A stretch of DNA of 64,000 nt, taken from the NCBI GenBank assembly GCA_003152105.1, contig PLZJ01000002.1, forward strand, positions 685,140 to 749,139, written 5' to 3'. The notes below the pieces were generated by a model. The model worked only from the letters and a program-made list of their open reading frames with translations, had not been told where the DNA came from and ran no database searches. Positions within the stretch are counted from its first letter, which is position 1; each line of letters starts with the position of its first letter. Shown here piece by piece: positions 21,046 to 31,432 of the stretch. The stretch comes from Candidatus Levyibacteriota bacterium (GTDB lineage Bacteria; Patescibacteriota; Microgenomatia; Levybacterales; UBA12049). The position numbers and the translations under genes were made by a program.

Positions 21046-23281
21046 AGAAATTTCAATTATTTACATCTATTACAATACTCCTACTGAAATTAAAAATTCA
21101 CTTGCTTCAATTAAAAATGCAATTGGAAATATAACATATGAAATAATAATTATTGATAATCATTCAAGTGAATTTCTTAAAAATAACAACAAAAACATCC
21201 GTATTATTAGAAATAAATCAAATAAAGGATTTGGAAGAGCAATAAATCAGGCAGGAAAACTAGCTAAGGGCAACTTTTTATTATTAATTAATCCAGATAC
21301 GCTATTTCACAAAAATAGCATATTCTACTTATATCAAAAAATTAAAAACGACGAAAACATTGGAGCAATTGGCCCCATGCAAGTGTCTTTAGATAATAGC
21401 ATGTTACCAAGCATTAATGGATATCCAACTATACTAAAATCAATATTTTCATTTTCTATTCTTAACATACTTTTTAAAAACAATTCCTTTTCGAGAGCAT
21501 ATTGGTTACCAGGTGTACAAGGAACTAAACAACTTGTCGTACCTGTTATTGGTGGGGCATGCATGCTGATTCCCAAAAAGATTTTTAATCAAGTAAATGG
21601 CTTTGATGAAAAGTTTTTTATGTATTTTGAAGAATCAGATTTGTGTAAACGAATTAATCAGTTGGGCTATAAAATTATATATTATCCTAAAGCTAAAATT
21701 ACTCATCTTGTTGGAATGAGTAATAAAGATAAAACAAGTATTGAATCTATCTTTGAAAAAAGTAGGTATTATTACTTGAAAAAAAATTATGGAAATACAA
21801 AAGCTCTGCTAGCCGAAGGATTTATTAGATCTACGAAATCTAACAATATATTACTTGTTCTAATTTTACTTATTTCCTTATTTTTAAATTTATATAAAAT
21901 TTCAACTCAACTGATGTTTTTTGGGGATTTTGGCAGAGATTATTTAGTGGCTAGAGATATGGTTATTAACCATACTATACCATTAATTGGTATTGAATCA
22001 TCTGTTAAGTGGTTACATCAAGGTCCTCTTTCTATTTATTTTATTGCCTTATCTTTTCTGATCGGTAATTTTTCACCAATTGCTCCCGCGATTTTTTATG
22101 GAATAGTTGGCAGTTTGACAACTCTGTTGGTTTATATTCTAGGTAAAAATTTATGCAATAGTAAAGTTGGTTTACTGGCAAGCTTATTTTATGCAACTTC
22201 TCCTTTGATTACCGTAAGTATGAGAATGCCATATCATACTTCTTCAATACCATTTTTTGCATGCCTCTTCTTTATTTCCATGTTTAAAGTCATAAAAGGT
22301 AGCTATAAAGTATTACCAATTGCAAGTTTTTTACTTGGAATCTTATTCTTATTAGAATTATCTAATGGTGTACTTTTTTTACTATTTCTTATATATATTT
22401 ATTGGTATAAATTACGATTCCCTAAAAATATAATAAATAAATCTATTTTTACTTTTATACTTGGAATTTCTCCTTTTATCTTGTATGACCTTATGCATCA
22501 TTTTATTCAAATAGGCGGTTTTATATTATGGGTTATTAACAGAACGCGATTATTCTTCGGTTTAACTACAAACGGCAACGAAACAACATTACATGCAGGA
22601 AGCGCTATACTTACCATATGGCAAGAACTTAATAGGATATTCTTTCCTATAAATCATATCTTGGCAGATGTTTTACTTTTATCAATAATTTTTATTGTCT
22701 TTAAATTAAGGAAAGAGATTTTATTTAAAAAAGATACAATTATCATACCTATTATTTGGCTATTTGTTCCTCTAACTGCCTATGTTATTCATTCTGCTCC
22801 AGGAACCGCATATTTTCCTTTATTATTTCCTTCTATATCTTTACTACTTGGATATTCAATCTATTATTATTCCAAAATCAGTAAAATAGTGATACTATTT
22901 TTTATTACAATTTGTCTTATAAATGGAGTGTATACAATTTACAACCATTATTTTTTAGATTCTTCTTCATTTATTGGCTCTAATGCTCCTGGTTGGAATT
23001 ATGGTATGGGTATTTCAATTGATGAACAAGAAATAATTGCCAATAAAGTTGTAACGGATGCAGATCACAATGCCTTTCAATTCACTGGAGGCAAGGATGT
23101 GGCAACTTTTCCTTCAGACTTAGATAATTATAAATATTTAATAATATATCATCATGGTTTACTTAATAATAACGCAAAATTAACATATACTTTGTACAGA
23201 GCCTCTACAAAAATTAAAACCAATCAACATATAATATTTAAAACTAAATTTTACACCTTAACAAAATATGAAAGAACTTAA
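21035..23281 (+). CDS. Fusion of a GT2 (WbbL/rhamnosyltransferase-like) domain and a GT-C (PMT/ArnT-like) domain
   Basis: N-terminal IDNHS, GFGRAINQ, NPD, GACM, GFDEKFFMYFEESD; after about aa 270 multi-TM with FFGDFGRD and HQGP; no internal stop. Confidence 0.8.
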   Translation: MKNKEISIIYIYYNTPTEIKNSLASIKNAIGNITYEIIIIDNHSSEFLKNNNKNIRIIRNKSNKGFGRAINQAGKLAKGNFLLLINPDTLFHKNSIFYLYQKIKNDENIGAIGPMQVSLDNSMLPSINGYPTILKSIFSFSILNILFKNNSFSRAYWLPGVQGTKQLVVPVIGGACMLIPKKIFNQVNGFDEKFFMYFEESDLCKRINQLGYKIIYYPKAKITHLVGMSNKDKTSIESIFEKSRYYYLKKNYGNTKALLAEGFIRSTKSNNILLVLILLISLFLNLYKISTQLMFFGDFGRDYLVARDMVINHTIPLIGIESSVKWLHQGPLSIYFIALSFLIGNFSPIAPAIFYGIVGSLTTLLVYILGKNLCNSKVGLLASLFYATSPLITVSMRMPYHTSSIPFFACLFFISMFKVIKGSYKVLPIASFLLGILFLLELSNGVLFLLFLIYIYWYKLRFPKNIINKSIFTFILGISPFILYDLMHHFIQIGGFILWVINRTRLFFGLTTNGNETTLHAGSAILTIWQELNRIFFPINHILADVLLLSIIFIVFKLRKEILFKKDTIIIPIIWLFVPLTAYVIHSAPGTAYFPLLFPSISLLLGYSIYYYSKISKIVILFFITICLINGVYTIYNHYFLDSSSFIGSNAPGWNYGMGISIDEQEIIANKVVTDADHNAFQFTGGKDVATFPSDLDNYKYLIIYHHGLLNNNAKLTYTLYRASTKIKTNQHIIFKTKFYTLTKYERT

Positions 23282-25844
23282 AATTTTTATTGGCATTTTA
23301 TTACTTATAATTATTTTATCTTTTTCTTTGCCAGGTATTTTTCTACCCACAGATATATTAAATAATTATCCAAGTTTTAGCACAACAAAATGGGATAAGC
23401 CCCAAAATTCACTTCTTTCTGATGCAGTATTTCAGTTTGAACCATGGCGTGTATATACAAAATCGCAATTACAAAACGGCACATTTCCTTTATGGAACAA
23501 TTTAAACGGATCCGGTACACCGTTTTTCGCAAATATGATTTCAGCAATCTTATTTCCTTTAAATTTTATTTATTATATTTTGCCCACCGCGCCTTCGTTA
23601 TATTTAATCAGTTTTTTGAAGCTGTATTTTCTTGGACTTTTTAGTTATTTATATTTTAAAAAAGTGCTGAAGAAAGAAAAGTTTGCATTTATGGGAGCAG
23701 TTGCTGTGTCGTTCTCTGGATTTCCTATTCTTTGGTTATTATGGCCTCAAACTAATGTATACATGTTCTTCCCTTTGTTGCTATATATCACCGAAGAAAT
23801 AAGAGAACAACCGAAAAAATATTATAAATGGTATTTATTTCTATCAATAGTATATTTTTTAGCTGTACTTGGTGGACATCCAGAAACACTTTTTGATATT
23901 TTACTGCTACATGTGTCCTACTTACTTTTTAGGTTATGGAATCAAAAAAAACAATTATTTATTTCGATCGGTTTTGTATTTTTAGGAATTATTACTTCTG
24001 CTATTCAAATACTTCCATTTATTGAATATATTTTACATAGCGATATAGTGCAGCAACGAGGATTACAGACTTATACATATTATTTACCTTTAAAAAGCAT
24101 AATAATGCAAATTTTTCCATTTATACTTGGAGCTCCACAACTTAATTTTTATAAACCAATTGCTTCGTTTACTAATTTTCAAGAGGTAATGAGTGGCTAT
24201 GTTGGTGCAATAGTATTAATCTCTGCGATCTATGTTACACGTAAGTATTTTTCAGATAATTTAGTTAAATACTGGACTATTATGATAATACTAATATATG
24301 GAATTGCATATAATATTTATCCATTTAAAATGCTTTCTTATTTGCCTATATTACATAGTAATGCAAACCAACGATTAACAGGATTTGCATCAATTGGATT
24401 TATATTCTTAGCATGTTATGGATTTTCTAAAGTTGATAAAAACAAGATAAATATTCCATTTTCTTTCCAAAAATTATTTTACTTGATCTCAATAGTTGTT
24501 AGTTTACTATTGGTATTTTTACCGAAATATTTTCCAAAACATATAATAGGAAATAGTACCAATATTGCATTTGTATACTTTTTGCAAAATCATATTGCAT
24601 ATATTTTCTTAACAACATTTTTATTTTTACAATTAGTTCTATTTACTAGAAATAAATATATAGTTAAATACAAATTTGAATTAGTTATATTATTAATTTT
24701 ATCTCAGACTTTGTTTCTACTTTGGAATTATAATCCAATTACTGCTAAGAGTGTATATTATCCAAGAACGCCTTTAACTCAGGAGTTGCAACAAATACCA
24801 AGTGGTAAAGTTATTGAAATCGGAAATCCTTCCTTGGCTCCAGATAGCAATTTAGCATATGGAATATCAGGAGCAGAGAGCTATGATGCAATTGACGTTA
24901 AATCATATAAGACGACTTTAAATGCATATTTTCCAATTAGAAACATATGGGATAAAGTAGATGAAACAAATATAAATGCTTTCCAAAAGTTAGGTATTAA
25001 ATATATCTTGAGTGATTTTGATATAAATTTGAAAAGACAAATCTATCAAGGTAGAAGCGATACTATTTTACCTCCTCTTAGTCATTCTAGGCCAGCTTCG
25101 TATTCAGTTATAAATAGTATTCATACATTAAGCGGTATACGGGTGCTTTTTGCCACATTTAATAGATCGAATAATTGTATTGTTACTATTACATTTAAAG
25201 ATGATAAAACTTCACAAACACTACTTCAAAAAAATATTTATTGTTCAAATACTAGAAACTACATGTACTATTTTGTATCAACAAATAATATTACTTTAAA
25301 TCATGATAACTTGAGAATTGTTCTTCAATCTAATAGTGATAATACTCAAAATAATGTAGCGCTTGTTGGAGATAAAGGTGGTTACCCTTATATCGAGTTA
25401 TTTTCTCCTCCATCTAAGCAGGTGTACAAAAAGTTGTGGGAACTAAATGATGAATATATATGGTCAGTGCCAGATGCTAATTTTATAGTATTTGATGGAA
25501 AAAATATTTTGAAACGAGAAAGTTCTAATACCATTCAGATTGCAACTAACTATAACCATAATGCATCGATAACTGCAAAAGTAGTTAACTATCCAGGTTG
25601 GAAAGTTAGTATAGATGGAAAGACCGGTTTAGTAAATAAAAATGACTTATTTCTGTCTACAGAAGTTCCAAAAGGAAAACATGTAATACTATTTTATTAT
25701 GCTCCAATGTCATTCTACATTGGACTAATAGTTACAATAGTAATTTTGGTAAGTATTGGATTTTACATATTAGTTAGAGAAACTTACAGTATTAAAATCC
25801 TATGTTATAATCTCATAAGAACTTTCCAAAAAAAACGAAAATAA
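23268..25844 (+). CDS. YfhO-family GT-C membrane glycosyltransferase
   Basis: D.VFQF.PW, PLWN...SGTPF.AN, GGHPE, Q.LPF.E, YPGWKVSIDG, VPKGKH...FYYAP. Confidence 0.8.
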   Translation: MKELKIFIGILLLIIILSFSLPGIFLPTDILNNYPSFSTTKWDKPQNSLLSDAVFQFEPWRVYTKSQLQNGTFPLWNNLNGSGTPFFANMISAILFPLNFIYYILPTAPSLYLISFLKLYFLGLFSYLYFKKVLKKEKFAFMGAVAVSFSGFPILWLLWPQTNVYMFFPLLLYITEEIREQPKKYYKWYLFLSIVYFLAVLGGHPETLFDILLLHVSYLLFRLWNQKKQLFISIGFVFLGIITSAIQILPFIEYILHSDIVQQRGLQTYTYYLPLKSIIMQIFPFILGAPQLNFYKPIASFTNFQEVMSGYVGAIVLISAIYVTRKYFSDNLVKYWTIMIILIYGIAYNIYPFKMLSYLPILHSNANQRLTGFASIGFIFLACYGFSKVDKNKINIPFSFQKLFYLISIVVSLLLVFLPKYFPKHIIGNSTNIAFVYFLQNHIAYIFLTTFLFLQLVLFTRNKYIVKYKFELVILLILSQTLFLLWNYNPITAKSVYYPRTPLTQELQQIPSGKVIEIGNPSLAPDSNLAYGISGAESYDAIDVKSYKTTLNAYFPIRNIWDKVDETNINAFQKLGIKYILSDFDINLKRQIYQGRSDTILPPLSHSRPASYSVINSIHTLSGIRVLFATFNRSNNCIVTITFKDDKTSQTLLQKNIYCSNTRNYMYYFVSTNNITLNHDNLRIVLQSNSDNTQNNVALVGDKGGYPYIELFSPPSKQVYKKLWELNDEYIWSVPDANFIVFDGKNILKRESSNTIQIATNYNHNASITAKVVNYPGWKVSIDGKTGLVNKNDLFLSTEVPKGKHVILFYYAPMSFYIGLIVTIVILVSIGFYILVRETYSIKILCYNLIRTFQKKRK

Positions 25845-25845
25845 A

Positions 25846-26562
25846 ATGAATAAAAATAAGTATGCAGGTACATTAACTTTAGAAGTTTTAGAATGGGCTC
25901 ATAAATACAACAAATGGATTGCCGATGAGATATCTCCACATGTTTCTTTCCCTCTATTAGAACTGGGTGCAGGTATTGGTAATATTTCATATCATTTCAC
26001 GAAGAATATTCCTAAAGGAAGTACTTTCTATATTTCAGAAATAGATACTCATCTCATTTCAATTTTGAGAAAAAAATATAACAAAAAAAATATTAAAGTG
26101 ATCAAATTAGATATTACTAAGGTAAGTAATAAATTATATTTAAATAAATTTAAGGCTGTTTTTGCAATAAATGTACTCGAGCATATTGAAAATGATTTAT
26201 CAGCTTTAAAAAATTCACATAAATTATTACAAAAAAATGGATTACTAATTTTATTAGTACCAGCAAAAATGTATGCATACTCAAACTTAGATAAAGAGTT
26301 AGGACATTACAGAAGGTATGAAAAAGATGAATTGATAAAAAAAATATCAGATGCTAAGTTCACAATCGAAAGTATAAAATATTTTAATATTGTAGGTTTA
26401 TTAAGTTGGATGGTAAGAAATAAGTTTGAACAAGAACATAGGATGCTTAGGCCATATCAAATATGGATTTTTGAGAAAATAGTACCATTCTTAAAAGCTT
26501 TGGAATCATTTATACCTATTCCTGTTGGAATATCATTAATTGTTGTTGCTCGTAAGAAATAA
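25846..26562 (+). CDS. Class I SAM-dependent methyltransferase
   Basis: LELGAGIGN, NVLEHI, LVPA, D..LGHYRRY. Confidence 0.88.
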   Translation: MNKNKYAGTLTLEVLEWAHKYNKWIADEISPHVSFPLLELGAGIGNISYHFTKNIPKGSTFYISEIDTHLISILRKKYNKKNIKVIKLDITKVSNKLYLNKFKAVFAINVLEHIENDLSALKNSHKLLQKNGLLILLVPAKMYAYSNLDKELGHYRRYEKDELIKKISDAKFTIESIKYFNIVGLLSWMVRNKFEQEHRMLRPYQIWIFEKIVPFLKALESFIPIPVGISLIVVARKK

Positions 26563-26568
26563 TAAAAA

Positions 26569-26895
26569 ATGAATACCACTCCTTATTACACAAAAATAAG
26601 ACGTTTGTTTGCAAGCTTTAAAAAAAACCTACGAATTAAAATAAATAAATATAACTGGGAATTTCATTTTTATGTTTTTGTTTTCTCTCTATGTTTCTCA
26701 GTTAGCGTTTTTATAATACTTATGATTAGTTTGCATTTATCTTTTAAGATGCCAAATACTACTGCGATAAATTGGTTTACCGTTCATAAGTATCCAAAAC
26801 AACAAGATATATTTTATTTTATATTCGGATTCCCTTTTATATTAGTACTGTCTATTATTATTTGGATGTTAACATTATGGGTAAAAAAGAGATAA
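26569..26895 (+). CDS. Small two-TM membrane protein, possibly the N-terminal part of the next gene
   Basis: Two hydrophobic segments; ends in A_AAA_AAG AGA TAA overlapping the next ORF. Confidence 0.6.
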   Translation: MNTTPYYTKIRRLFASFKKNLRIKINKYNWEFHFYVFVFSLCFSVSVFIILMISLHLSFKMPNTTAINWFTVHKYPKQQDIFYFIFGFPFILVLSIIIWMLTLWVKKR

Positions 26896-28430
26896 TACTA
26901 ATTATTGCTATCATCATATTTTCTGTTTTAATTGGTCAATCTACTTCAGGAAATATATTTTTTGGAGATTTAAATATGATAGATGAAGGCCAGTTTGCGG
27001 CTTGGGCTAATCATATGTTGCATGGGAAAATGATGTACAAAGATTTATATATAGTATATGGTCCTTTATACGTCTATCCTCTATATCTATTATTTAAAAT
27101 ATTATCACCTTCAGCTTTTCTGGTTAGATTATATCTTACATTAGGGGGAACTTTTGGAATCATTGCAATATATTTTGTAATGGTAGAACTAAAACTGAAT
27201 AGAATTGTAAAGTCATTATTGCTTATTTTGTTTTTATGTTTGCCAATGTTAAATTTAAGGGAAAGCATGGCCATATGGTGTTTATATTTTTTGTTAAAAA
27301 CAACAACAAAATCTTCGAAACACTCATTTTTAATTCTTGGAATTTTATCATCAATAACATTATTAGTTAGTCAAGATTTTGGTATCTTTATTCTTCTGGT
27401 AAGTGCTTTTCATCTATTTTACAGTAGGTTATTTGCTCACAATACGCTAAATAAACACGGCATCAGAGATTATATAGTAGGATATGTAACTATAATTATT
27501 TGTTTTACTGGCTGGGCTTTTAAAGAAGGGTGGTTACTTGATTATATAAGAGTGGCTACAGGTGTAAGCGTAGATCTATCGAGCATAAATGTTCCTAATG
27601 GGCAAAATTTTCCTAACCCGCTTTCTTATTTTGCTCTTCATACAGTCGGTATGAATGTAAAATATTTCTTCTCTAAAGATGTGCTTCTTTATGTAAGTAT
27701 ACTTGTTTACTTTGCCTCATTTTTCTACTTAACCGTAAATTATGTCAAAAGAAAATTAGTTAACACAAATTATAAGTTATTGTTAGTTACACTCTATGGA
27801 ATACTATTATATTGCATATTGCTAACTCGAAACGGCATCGGTCATTATTATTATACACTCCCTGCGGTTTTACTAATTTGCGGGTATTTTTTAAATCAAC
27901 TATTATTTATTAATAAAAAGATTACTCTTTTGTCTTCAGCATTAACTATAGTAATTTTGTCATTTTTTATACGATTACTTTATTTAAACAATCCAGAATT
28001 AAAACAGTCCTTGAATATCCATAATTATTTACCAATACATACAAATAATCCCTATAGAGTAGGAATTATAAATATTTCAAAATCTCAAGCAACAAAAATT
28101 TCATTATTGCAAACTTTTATTTTCAAAAATACTAAAAAAAGTGATTATGTATTCTTTTTTAATGATGAACCTATGATGTATATGTTAGTTGATAGAGTTA
28201 ATCCAACAGATTATGATTTGCCATTTGCAGGAAATACATTAGATAAAAGAATTAAAATGCTTAATCAAGTTGCTATGAAAAAACCAAAATATATTTTTAT
28301 AGATAATGATGTGTGGGCAGTAGATGGCATAAATAATAAAACACGTTTGCCAGAACTCACAAAATATTTATATTCTCATTATCATTTAATCAAAACTACT
28401 AATAATGTTCAGATATTTCAATTCATTTAA
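26877..28430 (+). CDS. GT-C-type membrane glycosyltransferase (PMT/ArnT-like)
   Basis: IDEG acidic motif after TM1, G...YKD....YGP; ATG 26877 preferred to TTG 26862. Confidence 0.7.
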   Translation: MGKKEIILIIAIIIFSVLIGQSTSGNIFFGDLNMIDEGQFAAWANHMLHGKMMYKDLYIVYGPLYVYPLYLLFKILSPSAFLVRLYLTLGGTFGIIAIYFVMVELKLNRIVKSLLLILFLCLPMLNLRESMAIWCLYFLLKTTTKSSKHSFLILGILSSITLLVSQDFGIFILLVSAFHLFYSRLFAHNTLNKHGIRDYIVGYVTIIICFTGWAFKEGWLLDYIRVATGVSVDLSSINVPNGQNFPNPLSYFALHTVGMNVKYFFSKDVLLYVSILVYFASFFYLTVNYVKRKLVNTNYKLLLVTLYGILLYCILLTRNGIGHYYYTLPAVLLICGYFLNQLLFINKKITLLSSALTIVILSFFIRLLYLNNPELKQSLNIHNYLPIHTNNPYRVGIINISKSQATKISLLQTFIFKNTKKSDYVFFFNDEPMMYMLVDRVNPTDYDLPFAGNTLDKRIKMLNQVAMKKPKYIFIDNDVWAVDGINNKTRLPELTKYLYSHYHLIKTTNNVQIFQFI

Positions 28431-28479
28431 TTTCAGTATGTTATAATGTTTAAATTAATAGCTGGGTTAATTGATTTTT

Positions 28480-29364
28480 ATGAAATGTTTGATATGTAAT
28501 GCTACTTCTTTTCACAATATTGTAAACTCAAAAGACCTCAAAATTTTTTCATGCAACGTTTGTGGATTATACATAGTGCCACAATCAAAATCTAAAATAA
28601 AAAATGTTTCAAAATATTTTAAAAATTATGATCTTGATAAATACATTAATTATTATGAAAAATTTAGAAAAGATATCTATAAAAATAACTGGAAACAAAT
28701 AACCAGGTGGAAGAAAGGTGGCAAATCCTTAGACTTTGGCGCTTCTTTTGGATGGTTTCTAGAATTGGCACCTAAAAAATGGACTTCCTTTGGGGTAGAG
28801 CCATCGCCAGTTGCAGTTGAACGATGCAAATCGAAACATTTAAAGGTTAAATTAGGAACTGAAAATAAAGTGAGCGATTTTCATACAAAATTTGATGTAA
28901 TTACCATGTGGAATGTGATTGAGCATCTCTCTAATCCGGTTAAGACATTAATTAAGTTAAAAAGTAATTTAAATAAGGACGGTATTATTGCCATTGCATT
29001 TCCTAATAGGTATGGTTTTTATAATCAAACAGCATATTTTTTAAATCGAATTTCCTTTGGCTTAATTACTAAGCCACTTTACATTTTATTTCAAGCAGAT
29101 AATCCAGTTCCTCATTTGTACCATTTTAGAATTAGTGATATTGAAAAAATTCTAAATTCTTTAGGATTTAAAATATTACAAATCGATTCTCAAAAAATTG
29201 TGGATACCAACGGATTGTGGCATAGAGAGGAACTTGATAAAGATAGAATGTTAAAATTATTAGCATTTATCGGAATTCCTACTTTAAAGGTGCTTGATGT
29301 CTTATTAGATTTATTACGAATCAATAACGATGAAATTGTTATTTATGCTAAGAAAATTGAATAA
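28480..29364 (+). CDS. Class I SAM methyltransferase with N-terminal Cys4 zinc ribbon
   Basis: CLIC...CNVC, LDFGASFG, FDVITMWNVIEH, HLYHF; ATG 28480 preferred; TGTTATAAT upstream. Confidence 0.85.
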   Translation: MKCLICNATSFHNIVNSKDLKIFSCNVCGLYIVPQSKSKIKNVSKYFKNYDLDKYINYYEKFRKDIYKNNWKQITRWKKGGKSLDFGASFGWFLELAPKKWTSFGVEPSPVAVERCKSKHLKVKLGTENKVSDFHTKFDVITMWNVIEHLSNPVKTLIKLKSNLNKDGIIAIAFPNRYGFYNQTAYFLNRISFGLITKPLYILFQADNPVPHLYHFRISDIEKILNSLGFKILQIDSQKIVDTNGLWHREELDKDRMLKLLAFIGIPTLKVLDVLLDLLRINNDEIVIYAKKIE

Positions 29365-29384
29365 TAATCTACTTCCATTTTCTT

Positions 29385-30158
29385 CTAACGTATAAGTAAT
29401 AATAGCCACGATTTGGGAGTATGGAATAGTCTGTTGTTAAGCAATGCTAGACAAAACCAGGGAGTATAAGAAAAGATTGATTGAAACAACTTAAAATTAG
29501 TTTTACCGTGCTGTCTATCTTTCCAAATTGTTGGGATTTCATATATTTTATATTCTAAGCAGTGGGCTTTAGCAACAATTTCTAACGTAACGCTAAAGCT
29601 AGACACGCTTTTTAATGAAATATTATGTATTAATTCTGAAGAATACATCTTATAGCTATTTGTCGGATCACTAGTATTAATTCCAGTAAATAATTGTAAT
29701 AATCTTCCTGCAAGTTTTGGGAATCCAACTTTTAAAGGTGCATTCAATTCTTGTTTTCCTCCTTTTGAATATCTTGAAGGACAGACTACGTCTGCTGTTT
29801 TAGGAATTAAATTAAGCATTTCTTTAATTTGCGTCAAATCATCACATAGATCAGCCATTGTCACAAGTATTTTAGAGCCTGAGGAGTATTTAAAACCTGT
29901 CCGTATTGCTCCAGATGGGCCTCTATGAATCGAGTTTTTTAAAATTACCAGTTGTGGATATATGCGTTTTAGATTTTTTAATACAGGTAATGTTGTATCG
30001 TTATCCAAATCATAAATAACAAGAATTTGATTTTTAACAGTAATATTTTTATCTAATAACCTAAGGGTTTCTTCTATATTTGCAGCTTCATTATATACGG
30101 GTATAATAACTGATAAGTCATATTTTGAATTTTTAGTAGTTTTCTGTATTTTCTTCAT
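29385..30158 (-). CDS. GT2 polyprenol-phosphate glycosyltransferase (DPM1/ArnC-like)
   Basis: IPVYNE, TMAD..DD, SRYSKGG, D.TNSYK, EIPTIWKDR..G.T.F. Confidence 0.85.
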   Translation of the reverse strand: MKKIQKTTKNSKYDLSVIIPVYNEAANIEETLRLLDKNITVKNQILVIYDLDNDTTLPVLKNLKRIYPQLVILKNSIHRGPSGAIRTGFKYSSGSKILVTMADLCDDLTQIKEMLNLIPKTADVVCPSRYSKGGKQELNAPLKVGFPKLAGRLLQLFTGINTSDPTNSYKMYSSELIHNISLKSVSSFSVTLEIVAKAHCLEYKIYEIPTIWKDRQHGKTNFKLFQSIFSYTPWFCLALLNNRLFHTPKSWLLLLIR

Positions 30159-31408
30159 GGCAAAATGCGAGGCTTAGGAATAGGGACTAAAAATTTGCCC
30201 TTATTTTTAATATATAAACTTTTAGACAAAAAATAATTTAAATAATTCCAACTTAACAGTAAAGCAAATTTAGGCATAATGGATAGAAATTCTTCTTCGC
30301 TAACAATCGGAATATGCGTACCTGGTGTAACCAATCCTTGCTTTAGCTCGTTTGTCTCTGCAATACATGATATTTCATTACTACTTAGTTCAAAAAAGTT
30401 TAATAATGTATTACCCTTTGCTGGAGCACCATAGCCTCCAAGATTTTCCTTTGATAGTTTATATTTATGAATTAAACTCCAAATAGCTGATTTTGTTTTT
30501 AATACATTATTGGTAAAAGCTAAATAATTTGAAATTTTAGAAATTCCCCATATTTTTTCTTGATTTATTATTTCTTGGACAGATTTACTTATTGTATGCA
30601 TATGCATAAACCCAACAAATACTCTAATAGCAGGTCCGGATGCTCCAAATGGTACTCGATCAACTCTATATATCTCTAAGCCGTATTTATTAAATAACCC
30701 TTCTAAAGGGGTAATGCTTAAGTAGCTTAGGTGTTCATGATAAATTGTATCAAAAAGCGTTTGTTCCATTAAATCAATCAAATATGGTGCTTCGATAATA
30801 AACGTTCCATTTTTTTCTAATATTGTGATTAGGTTGGTTAAAAAGTCTTCAATATCGTCAATATGTGCAAAAACGTTTGTCGCAGTGATTATTTTTGCCT
30901 TTCCGTGAGTTTTCTCAATTTCTTTAGAAACCTGCTTATTGAAGAAATCATTGTATACAATTAAGCCTGATGCAAGTGCAAACTTGGCTACTTTGGAAGG
31001 CTCGATTCCTATTCTTATCATCTTATTCTTTTCAAATTCATTCAATAGAATTCCATCATTGCATCCTATGTCGATAATAATGTCGTCTTTTTTTAAAGAA
31101 TATTTCGTTGTTATATATTTGGCTAATTTTGCATAATGTGCTTTCAGTGCTTTAGAAGTTGATGATAAATATAGGTAATCATCAAAAGTAATTTTTGGAG
31201 ATACAACAGTATCAAGTTGAACAAGAAAGCAGTTTTGACATATACATAGATTTAAAGGATAAAATATTTCATTTTTTATGTCTTTTGCTGAGATAAAACT
31301 ATTTGAAGGGGGTTGGTTACCTAGTTTAAGAAAAGTATATAAATCAGACGATTGACAGTAACGACAATTAACTACGTTTCTAGCATAATCGAATGATTGA
31401 CGTTTCAT
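30155..31408 (-). CDS. NDP-sugar C-methyltransferase-like protein
   Basis: CRYC, YPL.L..C.NC.LVQL, DIGCNDG, NVFAH, FDTIYHEH, YGAPAKGNTLL, PGTHIPI, LSWN. Confidence 0.88.
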   Translation of the reverse strand: MKRQSFDYARNVVNCRYCQSSDLYTFLKLGNQPPSNSFISAKDIKNEIFYPLNLCICQNCFLVQLDTVVSPKITFDDYLYLSSTSKALKAHYAKLAKYITTKYSLKKDDIIIDIGCNDGILLNEFEKNKMIRIGIEPSKVAKFALASGLIVYNDFFNKQVSKEIEKTHGKAKIITATNVFAHIDDIEDFLTNLITILEKNGTFIIEAPYLIDLMEQTLFDTIYHEHLSYLSITPLEGLFNKYGLEIYRVDRVPFGASGPAIRVFVGFMHMHTISKSVQEIINQEKIWGISKISNYLAFTNNVLKTKSAIWSLIHKYKLSKENLGGYGAPAKGNTLLNFFELSSNEISCIAETNELKQGLVTPGTHIPIVSEEEFLSIMPKFALLLSWNYLNYFLSKSLYIKNKGKFLVPIPKPRILP

Positions 31409-31432
31409 AAATGGAACAATAAGCTGTAATTA

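Noticed and set aside
25828-25835. A8 run that could fuse YfhO to the methyltransferase by slippage
   Set aside because: A8 runs are common in this AT-rich DNA, and the methyltransferase has its own TGTTATAAT at 25803-25811 and its own ATG
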